A stretch of DNA of 63,048 nucleotides, filler included, from Octopus bimaculoides (Eukaryota), in NCBI RefSeq assembly GCF_001194135.2. It is 3 parts of 3 records of this genome, joined end to end, with 100 filler letters (N's around TTAATTAATTAA, not from the genome) between each part and the next. Parts side by side here need not be neighbours in the genome. Positions count along the whole stretch, not along the records: positions 1 to 30,884 come from NC_069005.1; positions 30,985 to 43,792 come from NC_068984.1; 1 more part is not named here. The stretch is one strand, 5' to 3'. Position numbers and translations under genes: made by a program. Positions 27,874 to 40,496 of this stretch are shown here, piece after piece (the stretch's first letter is position 1; every line of letters starts with the position of its first letter). The notes beneath the pieces are model-generated. The model did no database searches. It was not told where the DNA came from and saw only the letters and a list, made by a program, of their open reading frames with translations.

Positions 27874-28222
27874 GTCAATACCAGGAGTCCTCAACCATTT
27901 TTTTTATTTATGGACCCCTTTGATTGCTATTTTATTCTGGTGGACCCCAATAGCCATTCAATGTTTAAAAACTAGTTTAATAGAAACTACTTTCAAAATT
28001 CCTACTTTAACTTGTATAGGTTGAATTATGTAAAACACCAGAGAAAGAAACTTAAATGTTTCTTGTAATATATATATATACATCAAAAGCAAAACTTTTT
28101 CAGGGTCCCATAAATTACTATTGTGGATCCCCAGTTTGCTATTTTGTTGCATGGGCCCCCCAAAATCTTATATGGAATCTCAGGGGTCATATTGACCCCA
28201 GTTGAGAACCACTGGTCTATAC
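27874..28222. mobile_element. hAT (Charlie-like) MITE 27882-28214 with 8-bp TSD
   Basis: TIRs CAGGAGTCCTCAACC / GTTGAGAACCACTG; flanks GTCAATAC and GTCTATAC (7 of 8 identical). Confidence 0.8.
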
Positions 28223-30853
28223 TAACCAAAACACCCTGCCCTTCCTCTCTTCACAGGAAGTTGAACCTTTGGAATCTCAGGGATCATATGGACCCCAGTT
28301 GAGAACCACTAGTCTATACTAACCAACTCACCCTGCTCTTCCTCTCTTCACAGGAAGTTGAACCTTTGGAATTCTGTCTTTGACCATGCTTTCCCTACTG
28401 CCACTGACTTACCACTCTTCAACAGGAACATTAACTACATTGATCTCATTGGTCTTGAGAGGGCCTACAAAAGGCCATGGGAAACAGTCCCGTCCTCCAG
28501 ACCAAACCAATAATAAAGACAAAACATTTTTAATCAACAAAAAGACAGCAATGTATAATTAATATTGAATTAGCTTATAGCAGCATCATTGATACAGATA
28601 TAGTTTAATAATGTACAGCTAGGGAAACTGAATAAATATTTGTATATATAAGTGCATGTGCCACTTTGTGGTTAAGAAGCTTCTTACACAACACATGGCA
28701 CTTTGGGCAAGTGTCTTAATATAGCCTCAGACCTATCAATGCCTTGTTACTGAATTTAGTAAATGGAAATTCTGTAGAAGCTTGTCATGTTTGTGTGTGT
28801 GTGTCTTTGTGTCTGTCGCCACACTCACCACTTGACAACCAGTGTTAGTTTCTTTACCTTTCCATAATTTGGTGGTTCAACAAATGAGACTGAGAGAAGA
28901 GTACCAGACTTTAAAAAATGTGTAGTCCAATCACTAAAACAAGTTAAAAGATATACTAACAGTGGATTTTGACATCCTTGTGTGTTTTATCAAGTTTCTT
29001 TCTCCCTTCTTTTCCAACAAGGAGACCCTTATATCAATTCTACAGCAAGACCCCCGTCTCAATCCCTCTATTATTCTTTTAACCTCTCATCGACTGTCAC
29101 AAAGCCACCTTCCTCAATACTGCTTCCCTGAGTTTGGGGGACTTTGTCTTGTCTTACAAGTTACTTGGTGACCCTGGTGCTGGTGCCACTAAAACTGTAC
29201 CCAGTAGACTCTGTAAAGTGGTTGGCATTAGGAAGAGTATCCAGGTAAAGTAAAAGGTAAATTTATCTTCTCAAGTCATACTGACTCATAAGGGCTGTTT
29301 CCCTGGTTTCATGGTGCATAAATTCCCCACCTGGATGGGACACCAGTCCATCACAGAATTACACATTTTTGCCAGCTGAGTGGACTGGAGCAACATGAAA
29401 TGAAGTGTTTTGCTCATGAACAAGTCATCTGGTCCAGGAATCAAAACCACAATCTTACAATCCTAAGTCCAACACCCAAACCACTAAGTCACATGCCTCC
29501 ACAAGGGTATCCAGCAGTAGAAGCCATAAGAAAAGAGACAATAGAGCATGGCACAGCCCTCCAGTTTACCGGCTCTAGTGAAACTGTCCAACCCATGTCA
29601 TCATGGAGAACAGATGTTAAATGAAAATGATGATAATCGAATATCTGTGCTGTACCCTAGATCACACTCTCCATCAAATCAGCAGTGCTTCTTCTATAGG
29701 GGCACAGTGTGTCACATATTAGATGTCAAAGCGATTCCAAAGCAACATGAAATGAAGTGTTTTGTTCAAGGTGCCATGCAGTGGGAATTGAAACCATGAT
29801 CCTACAATTGTGAGTGCAACCACTAGCCATAAAGCCATGTGCTCTCACAGTCCTAGAAATACAGAAAATTAACAGGATGGTTATGGCTAGAATACTTTTA
29901 GATCCTACTCGGGCTTAAACATTTACTAGGGTAAGGGTAAAGACCCCCTTCGGTCATGAATGACCATGGGATTGCCCCTAGACAGTTACCTTCCAAGGCA
30001 CAAGTCCAGGCAAGGTCGTTTATGGAAGGCCAGCAGTCGCTCATGCATACCAGCCTCTCCTCTCCATACCACTGATGTTAGCCAAAGGAAAAGGCAAAGA
30101 CTGCTACAGCTTAGCACCAGAGATGTCACAACTCATTTCTACATGAGTGAACTGGAGCAATGTGATATAAAGTGTCTTGCTCGAGAACACAACACACAGT
30201 CCAGTCCACAAATCAAACTCACTACTTCATGATTGTGGTGAGGAGAATATTCATGATGTAAACAATTGTTTGTTGATAAGAACAGGCAAATGCACAACAA
30301 CCTGCATATCTGTGCTTATCTGAATAGGCATGTGAATATATATATTTAGACGTATATATATTTAGGCATACATGTTACACATTATTTTATTTTTGGGTAC
30401 TTTTTCCTGCAGATGCCTGTTTTTAGGTACATCAGTGCATCTTTGCTAACAAATTGAGATAAGTATGTCACCATACTGAGGTATCTAGGTGTGATTGTGA
30501 TCATATCTGGATTCAGGTGTATTCATGTAAATGTTATGAAATCAACGACACAACTATGTATTCTAAAACATGCATGTATCAACATATATTTGACAGGAAA
30601 TATATGTACTTGTCTACCTGCATACACCCATGCATGTCTGTTTGTATGCATGCACCTGTATGAAAATATTTAGAAGCAAATATTTAGAAATATTTTTTCT
30701 ATTTTAGCATTTCTGTGCAAGAAAGTGTACACATAAACAATTTTAACTGGTGAGATGTAGATGCACAAATGTTTGTTTATTTTTTTTTTAAAATTGAAAT
30801 ATCAATGTAGTCAGTGTTTTGTGAATGCCTAAACATACTTATTGCATGCATGC

Positions 30854-30884
<31 letters not shown>

Positions 30885-30984
30885 NNNNNNNNNNNNNNNN
30901 NNNNNNNNNNNNNNNNNNNNNNNNNNNNTTAATTAATTAANNNNNNNNNNNNNNNNNNNNNNNNNNNNNNNNNNNNNNNNNNNN
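30885..30984. other. Synthetic scaffold join (44 N + TTAATTAATTAA + 44 N)
   Basis: Exactly 100 bp, palindromic 12-mer with stops in all six frames, identical to the construct at 43793-43892. Confidence 0.92.
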
Positions 30985-31815
30985 GAGCATACAGGTTCTT
31001 CATATCCTTGTCAAACCAATAAGAATGTATAAAAATTCCAAATGGTGCTTTGTTCGTGTTATAATGTCGCTGAAAGTTTTTCCAGAGGTAAGCTGAAATA
31101 TTGAGAACGGATTCAGGCTGTGAGCACATACCACCCATTGCACAAGGTTTCCCCTCGTTACCGTAAAACCGTATCAATGGTACTTCCCAAAATACAGGGA
31201 AGGGCTTGTTTGGTCGGGTTCCCGAAGAACAATATTTCTTCTCTGGAGGGTAGTTTAGCGTAAAAGGCCACACTGGTGGATCACTGTTGTACTCAAGAGA
31301 ACCGGTAAGCATCGAAGAATCCCAAGCGTAGCCAAGATTTCGCAAAACCTCGTATTGCGTATCACCACCAACTTCTAAAAATGGTACACGAAAACCTTTT
31401 ATTTTGTTATTAGGGATATAAGATAAATTTTACAATTTATCGGTTACGCCTTTCACTTCTTTTTCGTATTCGGTGTAGCTTAAATTTTTCCAATACTCTA
31501 TGGGATATTTATGCGTCATGGTGTGCGAAGCTATTTCGTGGCCTTGTTGGTATATTTCATTAGTTAAAGTATAACTGTTATCGACGTCTGTTATAAAGAA
31601 AGTGGATTTGATTGGACATCCGTTTGGGTTGTGCAGGTTCGATTGCTTCTCACGACCAAACAAGTAATGATAGTAATTAATATTTTTTTCGTTGATTGCA
31701 TCGTCAAAAGTCAACATAACTATTTGAGGTGTTTCACTAGATGCATGTCCACCAGGAATATTGATGCCAGGACAGCGACAGTCGGGAAGGCGGCACATAT
31801 TTGGATCACATCCAT
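30985..31815 (-). CDS. Chitin/polysaccharide deacetylase-like (CE4/NodB) catalytic exon with one in-frame TAA at 31430-31432; possibly an early pseudogene; 3' end lost in assembly join
   Basis: Acceptor (ttcttctaatttccag|) at 31817-31816. A single frame then reads GCDPNMCRLPDCRC..PQIVMLTFDD..NPNGCPIKSTFF..GHEIASHTMTH..GVTDKL*NLSYIP..KGFRVPFLEVGG..WDSSM..WPFTL..WEVP..APFGIFIHSYWF. ORFs 31430-31798 and 30929-31345 share one frame. Motifs TFDD, HxxxH, RxPF, DSS and the FxH motif are typical of animal chitin deacetylase-like proteins. Confidence 0.9.
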
Positions 31816-32330
31816 CTGGAAATTAGAAGAAAACGAAACAAGAGTCATACAGTTAAATTTGAAAATTTTTGTATGCACAGAAGTTATCTTTCTACATAAA
31901 ACACACAAATAAACAGACAGGCAAGCAGACCAAGAAACACACATGCATATAGGAATGGTGAACAATGAAAATGAGTGACTCAACACCGCTTTTAGTTGAT
32001 AAATATATTCTTCATTTGAGGATTAACAAATTTGTGGATTAAGTGAACTCTTGAAAATTGCGATATATTCCGCATGAAACCGTTGGTAGCATTGTTAATT
32101 CACAAATGAAGAATATATACATACGTACACACACATATATAAATACATACATACATGCATGCATGCATACATACATGCATGCATGCATACATACATGCAT
32201 ACATACATACGTACATATGTGTGGCTGTGTGGTAAGAAGTTGCTTCGCAACCACATGGTACTGAGTTCAGTCCCACCACGTGTCACCTTGCTTTTTTTGT
32301 TGAAAGTAGATCTTCTCCTTTTTATAATTA

Positions 32331-32543
32331 AGGCGGCGAGCTGGCAGAATCGTTAGCATGCTGGACCAAATGCTTAGCGTTATTTTTCCCGTCGCAACGT
32401 TCTGAGTTCAAATTCCGCCGGGGTCGACTTTGCCTTTCATCTTTTCGGGGTCGATAAATTAAGTACCAGAGAAACACTGGGGTCGATGTAATCGACTAGT
32501 CCCCTCTCCTCAAATTTCAGGCCTTATGCCTTTAGTAGAAAGG

Positions 32544-32590
<47 letters not shown>

Positions 32591-32610
32591 CATTATTATT
32601 ATTATTATTT
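32331..32610 (+). mobile_element. SINE family 2 (AGGCGGCGAGCTGGCAGAATCGTTAGC.. head, GGGGTCGAT motifs, (ATT)n tail)
   Basis: Homologous copies at about 9193-9392, 34465-34675, 45040-45160, 49318-49547, 50113-50340, 50345-50550, 50945-51095, 51810-51990, 53010-53180 and 57745-57945(-). Confidence 0.85.
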
Positions 32611-33959
32611 GAAGGCGGTGAGCCTTTGTTTTCTCGTGTTCCTTTCTGTTGAAGAGCACAGGCTCGAAACATAAAAGACTTTCTCACCTTCCCGAGCGTT
32701 AAACTAATACACCTGNNNNNNNNNNNNNNNNNNNNNNNNNNNNNNNNNNNNNNNNNNNNNNNNNNNNNNNNNNNNNNNNNNNNNNNNNNNNNNNNNNNNN
32801 NNNNNNNNNNNNNNNNNNNNNNNNNNNNNNNNNNNNNNNNNNNNNNNNNNNNNNNNNNNNNNNNNNNNNNNNNNNNNNNNNNNNNNNNNNNNNNNNNNNN
32901 NNNNNNNNNNNNNNNNNNNNNNNNNNNNNNNNNNNNNNNNNNNNNNNNNNNNNNNNNNNNNNNNNNNNNNNNNNNNNNNNNNNNNNNNNNNNNNNNNNNN
33001 NNNNNNNNNNNNNNNNNNNNNNNNNNNNNNNNNNNNNNNNNNNNNNNNNNNNNNNNNNNNNNNNNNNNNNNNNNNNNNNNNNNNNNNNNNNNNNNNNNNN
33101 NNNNNNNNNNNNNNNNNNNNNNNNNNNNNNNNNNNNNNNNNNNNNNNNNNNNNNNNNNNNNNNNNNNNNNNNNNNNNNNNNNNNNNNNNNNNNNNNNNNN
33201 NNNNNNNNNNNNNNNNNNNNNNNNNNNNNNNNNNNNNNNNNNNNNNNNNNNNNNNNNNNNNNNNNNNNNNNNNNNNNNNNNNNNNNNNNNNNNNNNNNNN
33301 NNNNNNNNNNNNNNNNNNNNNNNNNNNNNNNNNNNNNNNNNNNNNNNNNNNNNNNNNNNNNNNNNNNNNNNNNNNNNNNNNNNNNNNNNNNNNNNNNNNN
33401 NNNNNNNNNNNNNNNNNNNNNNNNNNNNNNNNNNNNNNNNNNNNNNNNNNNNNNNNNNNNNNNNNNNNNNNNNNNNNNNNNNNNNNNNNNNNNNNNNNNN
33501 NNNNNNNNNNNNNNNNNNNNNNNNNNNNNNNNNNNNNNNNNNNNNNNNNNNNNNNNNNNNNNNNNNNNNNNNNNNNNNNNNNNNNNNNNNNNNNNNNNNN
33601 NNNNNNNNNNNNNNNNNNNNNNNNNNNNNNNNNNNNNNNNNNNNNNNNNNNNNNNNNNNNNNNNNNNNNNNNNNNNNNNNNNNNNNNNNNNATATATATA
33701 TATATATATATATATATAATTCAAAACAGTTTGGTTTGGATTCCGTGCGACTTCAAGTTTCGTAAGTACCTAGCGGAGCATGTCTCCTCAAGGCTGGTGG
33801 AATATCCGAGCGAACCGAGAGGTGCAGGAAGTCCAAAATGGCTACCGGTAGATTGGCTGCAATTGGGCAGGGTGGATTACATGATGTCACAGGAGACAGT
33901 GTTATTGGTGACGACAGCGTGTCTGGATGGGGAATCAATGGAAGCTGTCAGCATATGTG

Positions 33960-34445
33960 CTTATGAACAGTGAAGCTGACCTGTATGACGGTACATACTT
34001 TACTTTTCTGTCCCAAACTACAGTATCCAGCCCGTTATGTGTGCCCTTGGTAGAAGTTTTGAAGTGAATGTTCCACTAATATCCCTTGTATTGATTATGT
34101 CTATATTTATATTCAGTAACAGGTGGTGTGTCTGTGGGGGTTATATTTACTCCAAGAAAACCTTTTTTTGGATGGCATTCTATAGTGTTTTAGTCACAAC
34201 GTCTTGTCGATTATGGAAGTTGTACCTTGATAATTTTAGGGGCAGCTGCGGATGACATGTTTAATGTGTTCTACAGAATTGTGACATAAACTTTTTGTTG
34301 CATCTCGCGCTTCGTGGGCTACAGAGTCGCTTTTGTTTATTGGGAATCTTGTAGCTATTTTCTGCCTTTGGATTGCATATCCATATCCTTCAAAGTGTGG
34401 TGCCATGTTTCGGTCAGTAATCCAAGAAAAGTTGCACTTCATGTC
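33960..34445 (-). mobile_element. Old RLE-type (R4/Dong-like) LINE fragment
   Basis: HFEGYGYAIQRQKIAT..LCHNSVEHIKHVIRSCP..RQDVVTKTL..WNIHFKTSTK..HNGLDTVVWD resembles the CCHC-RHD-endonuclease region of R4-clade ORFs; frameshifted. Confidence 0.6.
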
Positions 34446-34902
34446 AATATTACTGTCAACTTTAAGGCGACGAGCTAGCAGAATCGTTTGCACGCCAGAC
34501 AAAATACTTAGCGGCATTTCGTCTGTTTTTATGTCTCGAGTTCAAAGCCCGCAAAGGGCGATTTTGCCTTTCGGAGTCGATACAATAAATACCAGTTAAA
34601 CACTAGGGTCGATGTATCTGACAAACCACTCCCTCCACAATTTCAGGCCTTGTGCCTATGGTAGAAAGGATATTACTGTTATCTCCAAATGTATGTACGT
34701 ATGTATGTATGTATGTATGTATGTATGTATGTATGTATGTATGTACGTACGTACGTATGTATGTATGCATTCATGTGTGTATGTATGTATGTATGTATGT
34801 ATGTATGCGTGTGTGTATGTAGGTGTGTGTCAGTCTACTTGTCTGTCCTATACATCTTTACATAAACATTATGCACTCACACAAACACGCAAATACTCAC
34901 AG

Positions 34903-34976
<74 letters not shown>

Positions 34977-34991
34977 GTGTGTGTGTGTTTG

Positions 34992-35031
<40 letters not shown>

Positions 35032-37204
35032 AAGAGAGAGAAAAGAATGTACTGTTTTCACTCCGCTGAGCATGACATCAATCAAAGTGAATTTTTATTT
35101 ATACCAAATACACACCTAACCATTAAAATGTATTTCAACCATATTTCTGTGCTTCATGAATTCACTTAAAATTCCACGAAGTATTGAACACTATTTAAGC
35201 TCTTATTGTCGTGTGGTAACATTGTCCAATCGCTGAATGTTAAAAACACCTAAACAAATGAACCAGATCACGTTTACATACACACACTCTTTCAAGTAGC
35301 AACGTCACTATAACAATGAGCATCTATAGCAATATGAAGCCTTATACGGAATTTATAATTGGGTTTTATGTTAACTATATAACGTAAATTTAACCACTTC
35401 GGTTTAGCTTTTCGAATTTGGCTAAAGGGGAGTAACTCTATTCTGATCAATTCAATCTATTAAGAAATGGTGGAGGCGCAATGGCCCAGTGGTTAGGGCA
35501 GCGGATTCGCGGTCATAGGATCGCGGTTTCGATTCCCAGACCGGGCGTTGTGAGTGTTTATTGAGTGAAAACACCTAAAAAGCTCCACGAGGTTCCGGCA
35601 GGGGATGGTGGTGAACCCTGCTGTACTCTTTCACCACAACTTTCTCTCACACTTACTTCCTGTTTCTGTTGTGCCTGTAANNNNNNNNNNNNNNNNNNNN
35701 NNNNNNNNNNNNNNNNNNNNNNNNNNNNNNNNNNNNNNNNNNNNNNNNNNNNNNNNNNNNNNNNNNNNNNNNNNNNNNNNNNNGAAGTAGGAAAACCTTT
35801 TAAGAGCTTTTGGCTTCCAGGGGTCTTAATCTGGCCCTGCTCGAGACAGTAATGTCTAGAAGGACTTACTTTTACATTAGATGTTACCGAGTTCATGCTT
35901 TTCTTTTTTTTTGTTTTTATTTAATAAAGACATTTACGAGGCCCATACATTGAACTGGCGTCAACCAAAGATTGAAACAAGATATTCTGTTAACAAAAGA
36001 ATTTGCTTGTTTTTGTCCTCACACTGATCAATATTATTTATCTCCGACAGAAAATATTTGCAGTAGACCATCATTATATATATTTTTTATTGTCAGAGCA
36101 TTTAATCAACGTGATCACGAACCACACAAGCCTCTATTGATCTGTAACCTCTATTTTGTTTTCATTTGTCTGGTTTTAAGCGGTTTTTCTCTCGAGCAAA
36201 TATTTTGATTAAATTTTCTGCTCAGCCACTTAAAACGTTTACACATGTAACACTCGATCTCTCACCTTTCACCATATATTGTCTTTCTCACTTTTCCCCT
36301 CTCGTTTCTTTCTTTTCTTTCATTTGTCTCATATATTATTTCACAAGTCTTAACAAATACTAAACGATGTAATTATACTGTTAATGGTCATTTTATCCAC
36401 TTAACAATAAACAAAAGCTATTACATTCATCTGTTGTTTTCATTTATTTTTTAAAAAATTATACTGTATTTTATGAATTAGTAAACAGTTTCACCGCACT
36501 TCCGTGAACCTGGCTTACCAACATAATCCCATTACACCTGCCATTATTTGTCTTTTATCTCTTACTAGTCTCAGTCATTAGACTGCGGCCATGCTGGGGC
36601 TGGGTACTTATACTATCAGCCTCTTTTACCAAACCGCTAAGTTACGGGCAAACAGACAAAAAAATGCACACGTACACACACACATATATATATATATATA
36701 CGACGGGCATGTTTCAGCTTCCTTCCATCAAATCCACTCACAAGGTTTGGTCGGCCTGAGGATATACTAAAGACATTAATCCAAGGTGTTACGCTGTGGG
36801 ATTGAACCCGGGCCCATGAAATCGGGAAGCAAACTTTTTACTGCATAGCCACGATCGCGCCTGGGAGGAGAAATATTAAGAAAAGTACAACCAATCGGGT
36901 GATATAGTTCGGTAACTATGACCATTAAAATTGTTTTAATAAGTATTTAAGTAGTTGTGAGCGGATAAACTTTTGATCCAGGTTTTGGATCGCAGGACCA
37001 GGAGAGGACCCACTAATTTTTGATCCCGTGGGACATCATATGGAGGGAGAAGGGACTGATTCAGTACTTAGCCGGTACACATTAGAGCTGAGTTGGCTGC
37101 AACAACGTGAAATGAATTCTTTGCTCAAATATGTAATACACTGCCTGGTCAAGATATCGAACCTCGACCTTATGGTATGACCATTAGCCGAATACTCTCA
37201 CCAC

Positions 37205-37950
37205 TTGATTATGCACCTTCACTACTAATGCGTTTGTAGATGCTGCAGTCTCTGTTGTTGCTGCTGATGGTGTTACTGCTGTTTTCCCTACTCTTGCTGT
37301 TATTGGTGCTGCTGTTGCTGTTTTGACCGCTAGCACTGTTGGTGCTGCTGCTGTTTTTTGCTGACGTTGTTGTTGCTGTTGTGGTGATGATATAGGTAAA
37401 AGTGGTGTTCTTTGTCTCTTCTTCTTTGCTGTGGGTAGAAAGCCTTGAGGTGATTTGTACCATCTATAAGTGGCATCTCGGCTTTCTGCCCTTAACGGTC
37501 AAGTATAATTTTGTATCACGTGGCGGATTGATCAGGTCAGGGACTGTTTGATACTTTGGTCATCTGTTTGGATCAATAGCTCCATCTCTTCATCCAACCA
37601 ATTTTGTTTTTGCAACTTCTTGACCTGCAAAACTTGCTTTTGTCCTTTATGCAAAAAGAACAGCTGCCACCAACAAGAAGACGTCTATTTCTGGTGGCAC
37701 GTTGATAAGTTAGCATTAGGACCAATTTATCCCTGTTGATAAGGAATGCTTCCTAGCCTCATCATCTGTAGGGTATTTCACACCAACAATACTGTACTTT
37801 TCACGTTCCAGATTAGTTTGTGGCCCCTTTCAATCTTCTGCTGCTATTGTTGTTGTCGTTGGTATCACTGTTGTTGTTTCGGGTGACATTGGTTGAGTTA
37901 AAAGAGGGGGAGATGGTGAAGCTTTGTTGTAATGATGGGACGGCGGCATC
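37205..37950 (-). mobile_element. Decayed gag/ORF1-like relic with CCHC zinc knuckle and Ala/Thr-rich tail
   Basis: ..VPPEID..LYLTVKGRKPRC-H-L-(frameshift)-DGTNHLKAF(Y)P restores CX2CX4HX4C with one indel and one substitution; many stops. Confidence 0.5.
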
Positions 37951-38035
37951 AAAACACCTTTTCTAAACTCCAGTTTTACTCCTCTGATTATTTGCCGATG
38001 AATCCAACGCCATGTTTCGGTTCAACCTCACCACC

Positions 38036-38120
<85 letters not shown>

Positions 38121-38128
38121 TAGTAATG

Positions 38129-38177
<49 letters not shown>

Positions 38178-38193
38178 TAATAATAATAATAAT
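38036..38193. repeat. (AAT)n microsatellite; others at 4830-4887, 19247-19310, 21009-21035, 21151-21176, 32545-32610, 39026-39083, 49501-49547 and 50063-50111
   Basis: Direct inspection. Confidence 0.95.
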
Positions 38194-39026
38194 ATGCCAA
38201 CAACAAAATGAGACCATCGATCATGTTGTCTCCATGTGCAGTCTGCTTGCGCCTACAGAGTATCTCAACAGGCATGATAGAGCTACACAATATATTCACT
38301 GGGTAATATGCAAAAACCTGGACTTGCCCCATGNNNNNNNNNNNNNNNNNNNNNNNNNNNNNNNNNNNNNNNNNNNNNNNNNNNNNNNNNNNNNNNNNNN
38401 NNNNNNNNNNNNNNNNNNNNNNNNNNNNNNNNNNNNNNNNNNNNNNNNNNNNNNNNNNNNNNNNNNNNNNNNNNNNNNNNNNNNNNNNNNNNNNNNNNNN
38501 NNNNNNNNNNNNNNNNNNNNNNNNNNNNNNNNNNNNNNNNNNNNNNNNNNNNNNNNNNNNNNNNNNNNNNNNNNNNNNNNNNNNNNNNNNNNNNNNNNNN
38601 NNNNNNNNNNNNNNNNNNNNNNNNNNNNNNNNNNNNNNNNNNNNNNNNNNNNNNNNNNNNNNNNNNNNNNNNNNNNNNNNNNNNNNNNNNNNNNNNNNNN
38701 NNNNNNNNNNNNNNNNNNNNNNNNNNNNNNNNNNNNNNNNNNNNNNNNNNNNNNNNNNNNNNNNNNNNNNNNNNNNNNNNNNNNNNNNNNNNNNNNNNNN
38801 NNNNNNNNNNNNNNNNNNNNNNNNNNNNNNNNNNNNNNNNNNNNNNNNNNNNNNNNNNNNNNNNNNNNNNNNNNNNNNNNACATTCACTTGAACAAAACT
38901 GTACAAATCCAAATATATGGTACCCTAGGCATAACACCTACATGAACTTCTAAGTTGTTGTCTCTGAGGTCTCTGGGTGAGACTTGGATCCAACTTGTAC
39001 AAATGCAAAACAAAAGTCAAACATAA
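38194..39026 (+). mobile_element. RLE-type non-LTR retrotransposon (R4/Dong-like) 3' fragment between (AAT)n tracts; middle lies in a gap
   Basis: CQQQNETIDHVVSMC..RHDRATQYIHWVICK (CCHC remnant plus RHD motif) directly after (AAT)n; the putative 3' UTR ends in (AAT)n at about 39026. Confidence 0.75.
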
Positions 39027-39045
39027 AATAATAATAATAATAATA

Positions 39046-39083
<38 letters not shown>

Positions 39084-39084
39084 C

Positions 39085-39735
39085 ATCATGTACCATCCTG
39101 TGGCTGTAATTGTGGGAGAAAAGGTAACGATTCTTTGGGACTTTCCAGTGTATATTAAAGCTAATAAGCCAGATATTGTTGTGAAAGAGAAACAAAAAAA
39201 AAAAAAACAATAAAATCTGTTTATTGATTGACATAAGCATACCTTGTGATCATAATATTTCGGTAAAAGAATTTGATAAACTCAGAAAAATATAAAGATT
39301 TGCTGATTGAAATCGAAAAAATGTGGCATATCAAGACGCTTACAATACCAGTGGTTGTAGGAGTTCTTGGAATAATCAAAAAGGGAGCTGAAAATTATTT
39401 GAGGATGATCCCTCGCTTACCATCCATGCAGGAAGTGCAAAAGATTGCCTTAACTGGTTCGTCACACGTACTGAGAAGAGCATTATCGCTGTGAATTTTC
39501 TTTCCTTTCCCTACTCTTGTCTTCTTTTTCTCCATTGTTTTCTTTTTTCCTTCATTCTATTATCTTCTTCCTCTTTTTTCTATCACATGACTTTGTAAAT
39601 GAACAATCTGGTGTGTTTATTTTTATGGCTTACCAATATATATACAGTGAGTTTCTTTGCCCGAGGTGTTGGGAAGACACACAACAAGAAATGGAAGCAG
39701 AATTGAAAGAAGATAATGACAGTAATAATAACAGT
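39085..39735 (+). mobile_element. Second RLE-type (R4/Dong-like) 3' fragment with restriction-like endonuclease domain
   Basis: ILWDFPV..KPDIVV..LLID(I)SIP..EFDKL..KYKDL..EIEKMW..IPVVVGVLG..LQKIAL-like..VLRRALSL*, a PD-(D/E)xK RLE tail; begins right after (AAT)n. Confidence 0.82.
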
Positions 39736-40452
39736 TGTGTTGGTATATAAAACAGTTTGTATCATAGGTTACCTTCACAGATGATTCCGTTTGTATTCTT
39801 TCGAAGTCGCATAACATTTTGCAACCCCATCCTCCATAAAAGAAAAAGTAAAAACACTATGAAATATCTGTAGAATGTTTTAACTCAGGATCTACGAGCG
39901 AGTAGCTCATTATTTGAAGCAGTTAGCTATTTCAACCCTTTCCTAGTTACTTGCAGTATGTTACATAGTTGTTCTGTATAGTTACACAAGTACGTCTACA
40001 AACACGATTTCTAAGAAGCCATACCTACGATGACGTTTATAAGTGAGAACGGTTGCAATGGCAACACTATTTGCATTGATTGTATTGGGAAAGGCAACAG
40101 TCAAATAGAGACGTCATTCTTTCGACCTTCATTGCAGTCAAATTATTGACAAATATATAAAAGTTTGAGGTCAGTACAGGTAAAATGAAATTCGTAGCAA
40201 GGACGAAGATATTCGTGTTTCTATTAAACTAAGGTATTATAAAATCCTGAATTGTGCTTGCTTAGTAAATAGCTATTTATCAAGGCCTGAGATTGTGTGA
40301 TGAAGTAAAACAACTTCTGGATAGAGTCGTATTAGTAATTATTTACGCCAGTCCCACTACGTGTCACCTTGGAGGAATGTTTTCTACTATAGCCTCGGGC
40401 CGACTAAAGCCTTATGAGTGGATTTGGCTGACAGAAACTGAAAGACGGCCGA

Positions 40453-40496
<44 letters not shown>

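Noticed and set aside
30929-30940. TTAATTAATTAA as a homeodomain site, piggyBac TTAA target or PacI site
   Set aside because: Sits in an exact 44 N / 44 N construct seen twice; an assembly artefact.
35474-35560. tRNA-like sequences (also 27187, 44085 and 52280-52352)
   Set aside because: They continue into SINE bodies and lack a complete cloverleaf; they are SINE heads, not tRNA genes.
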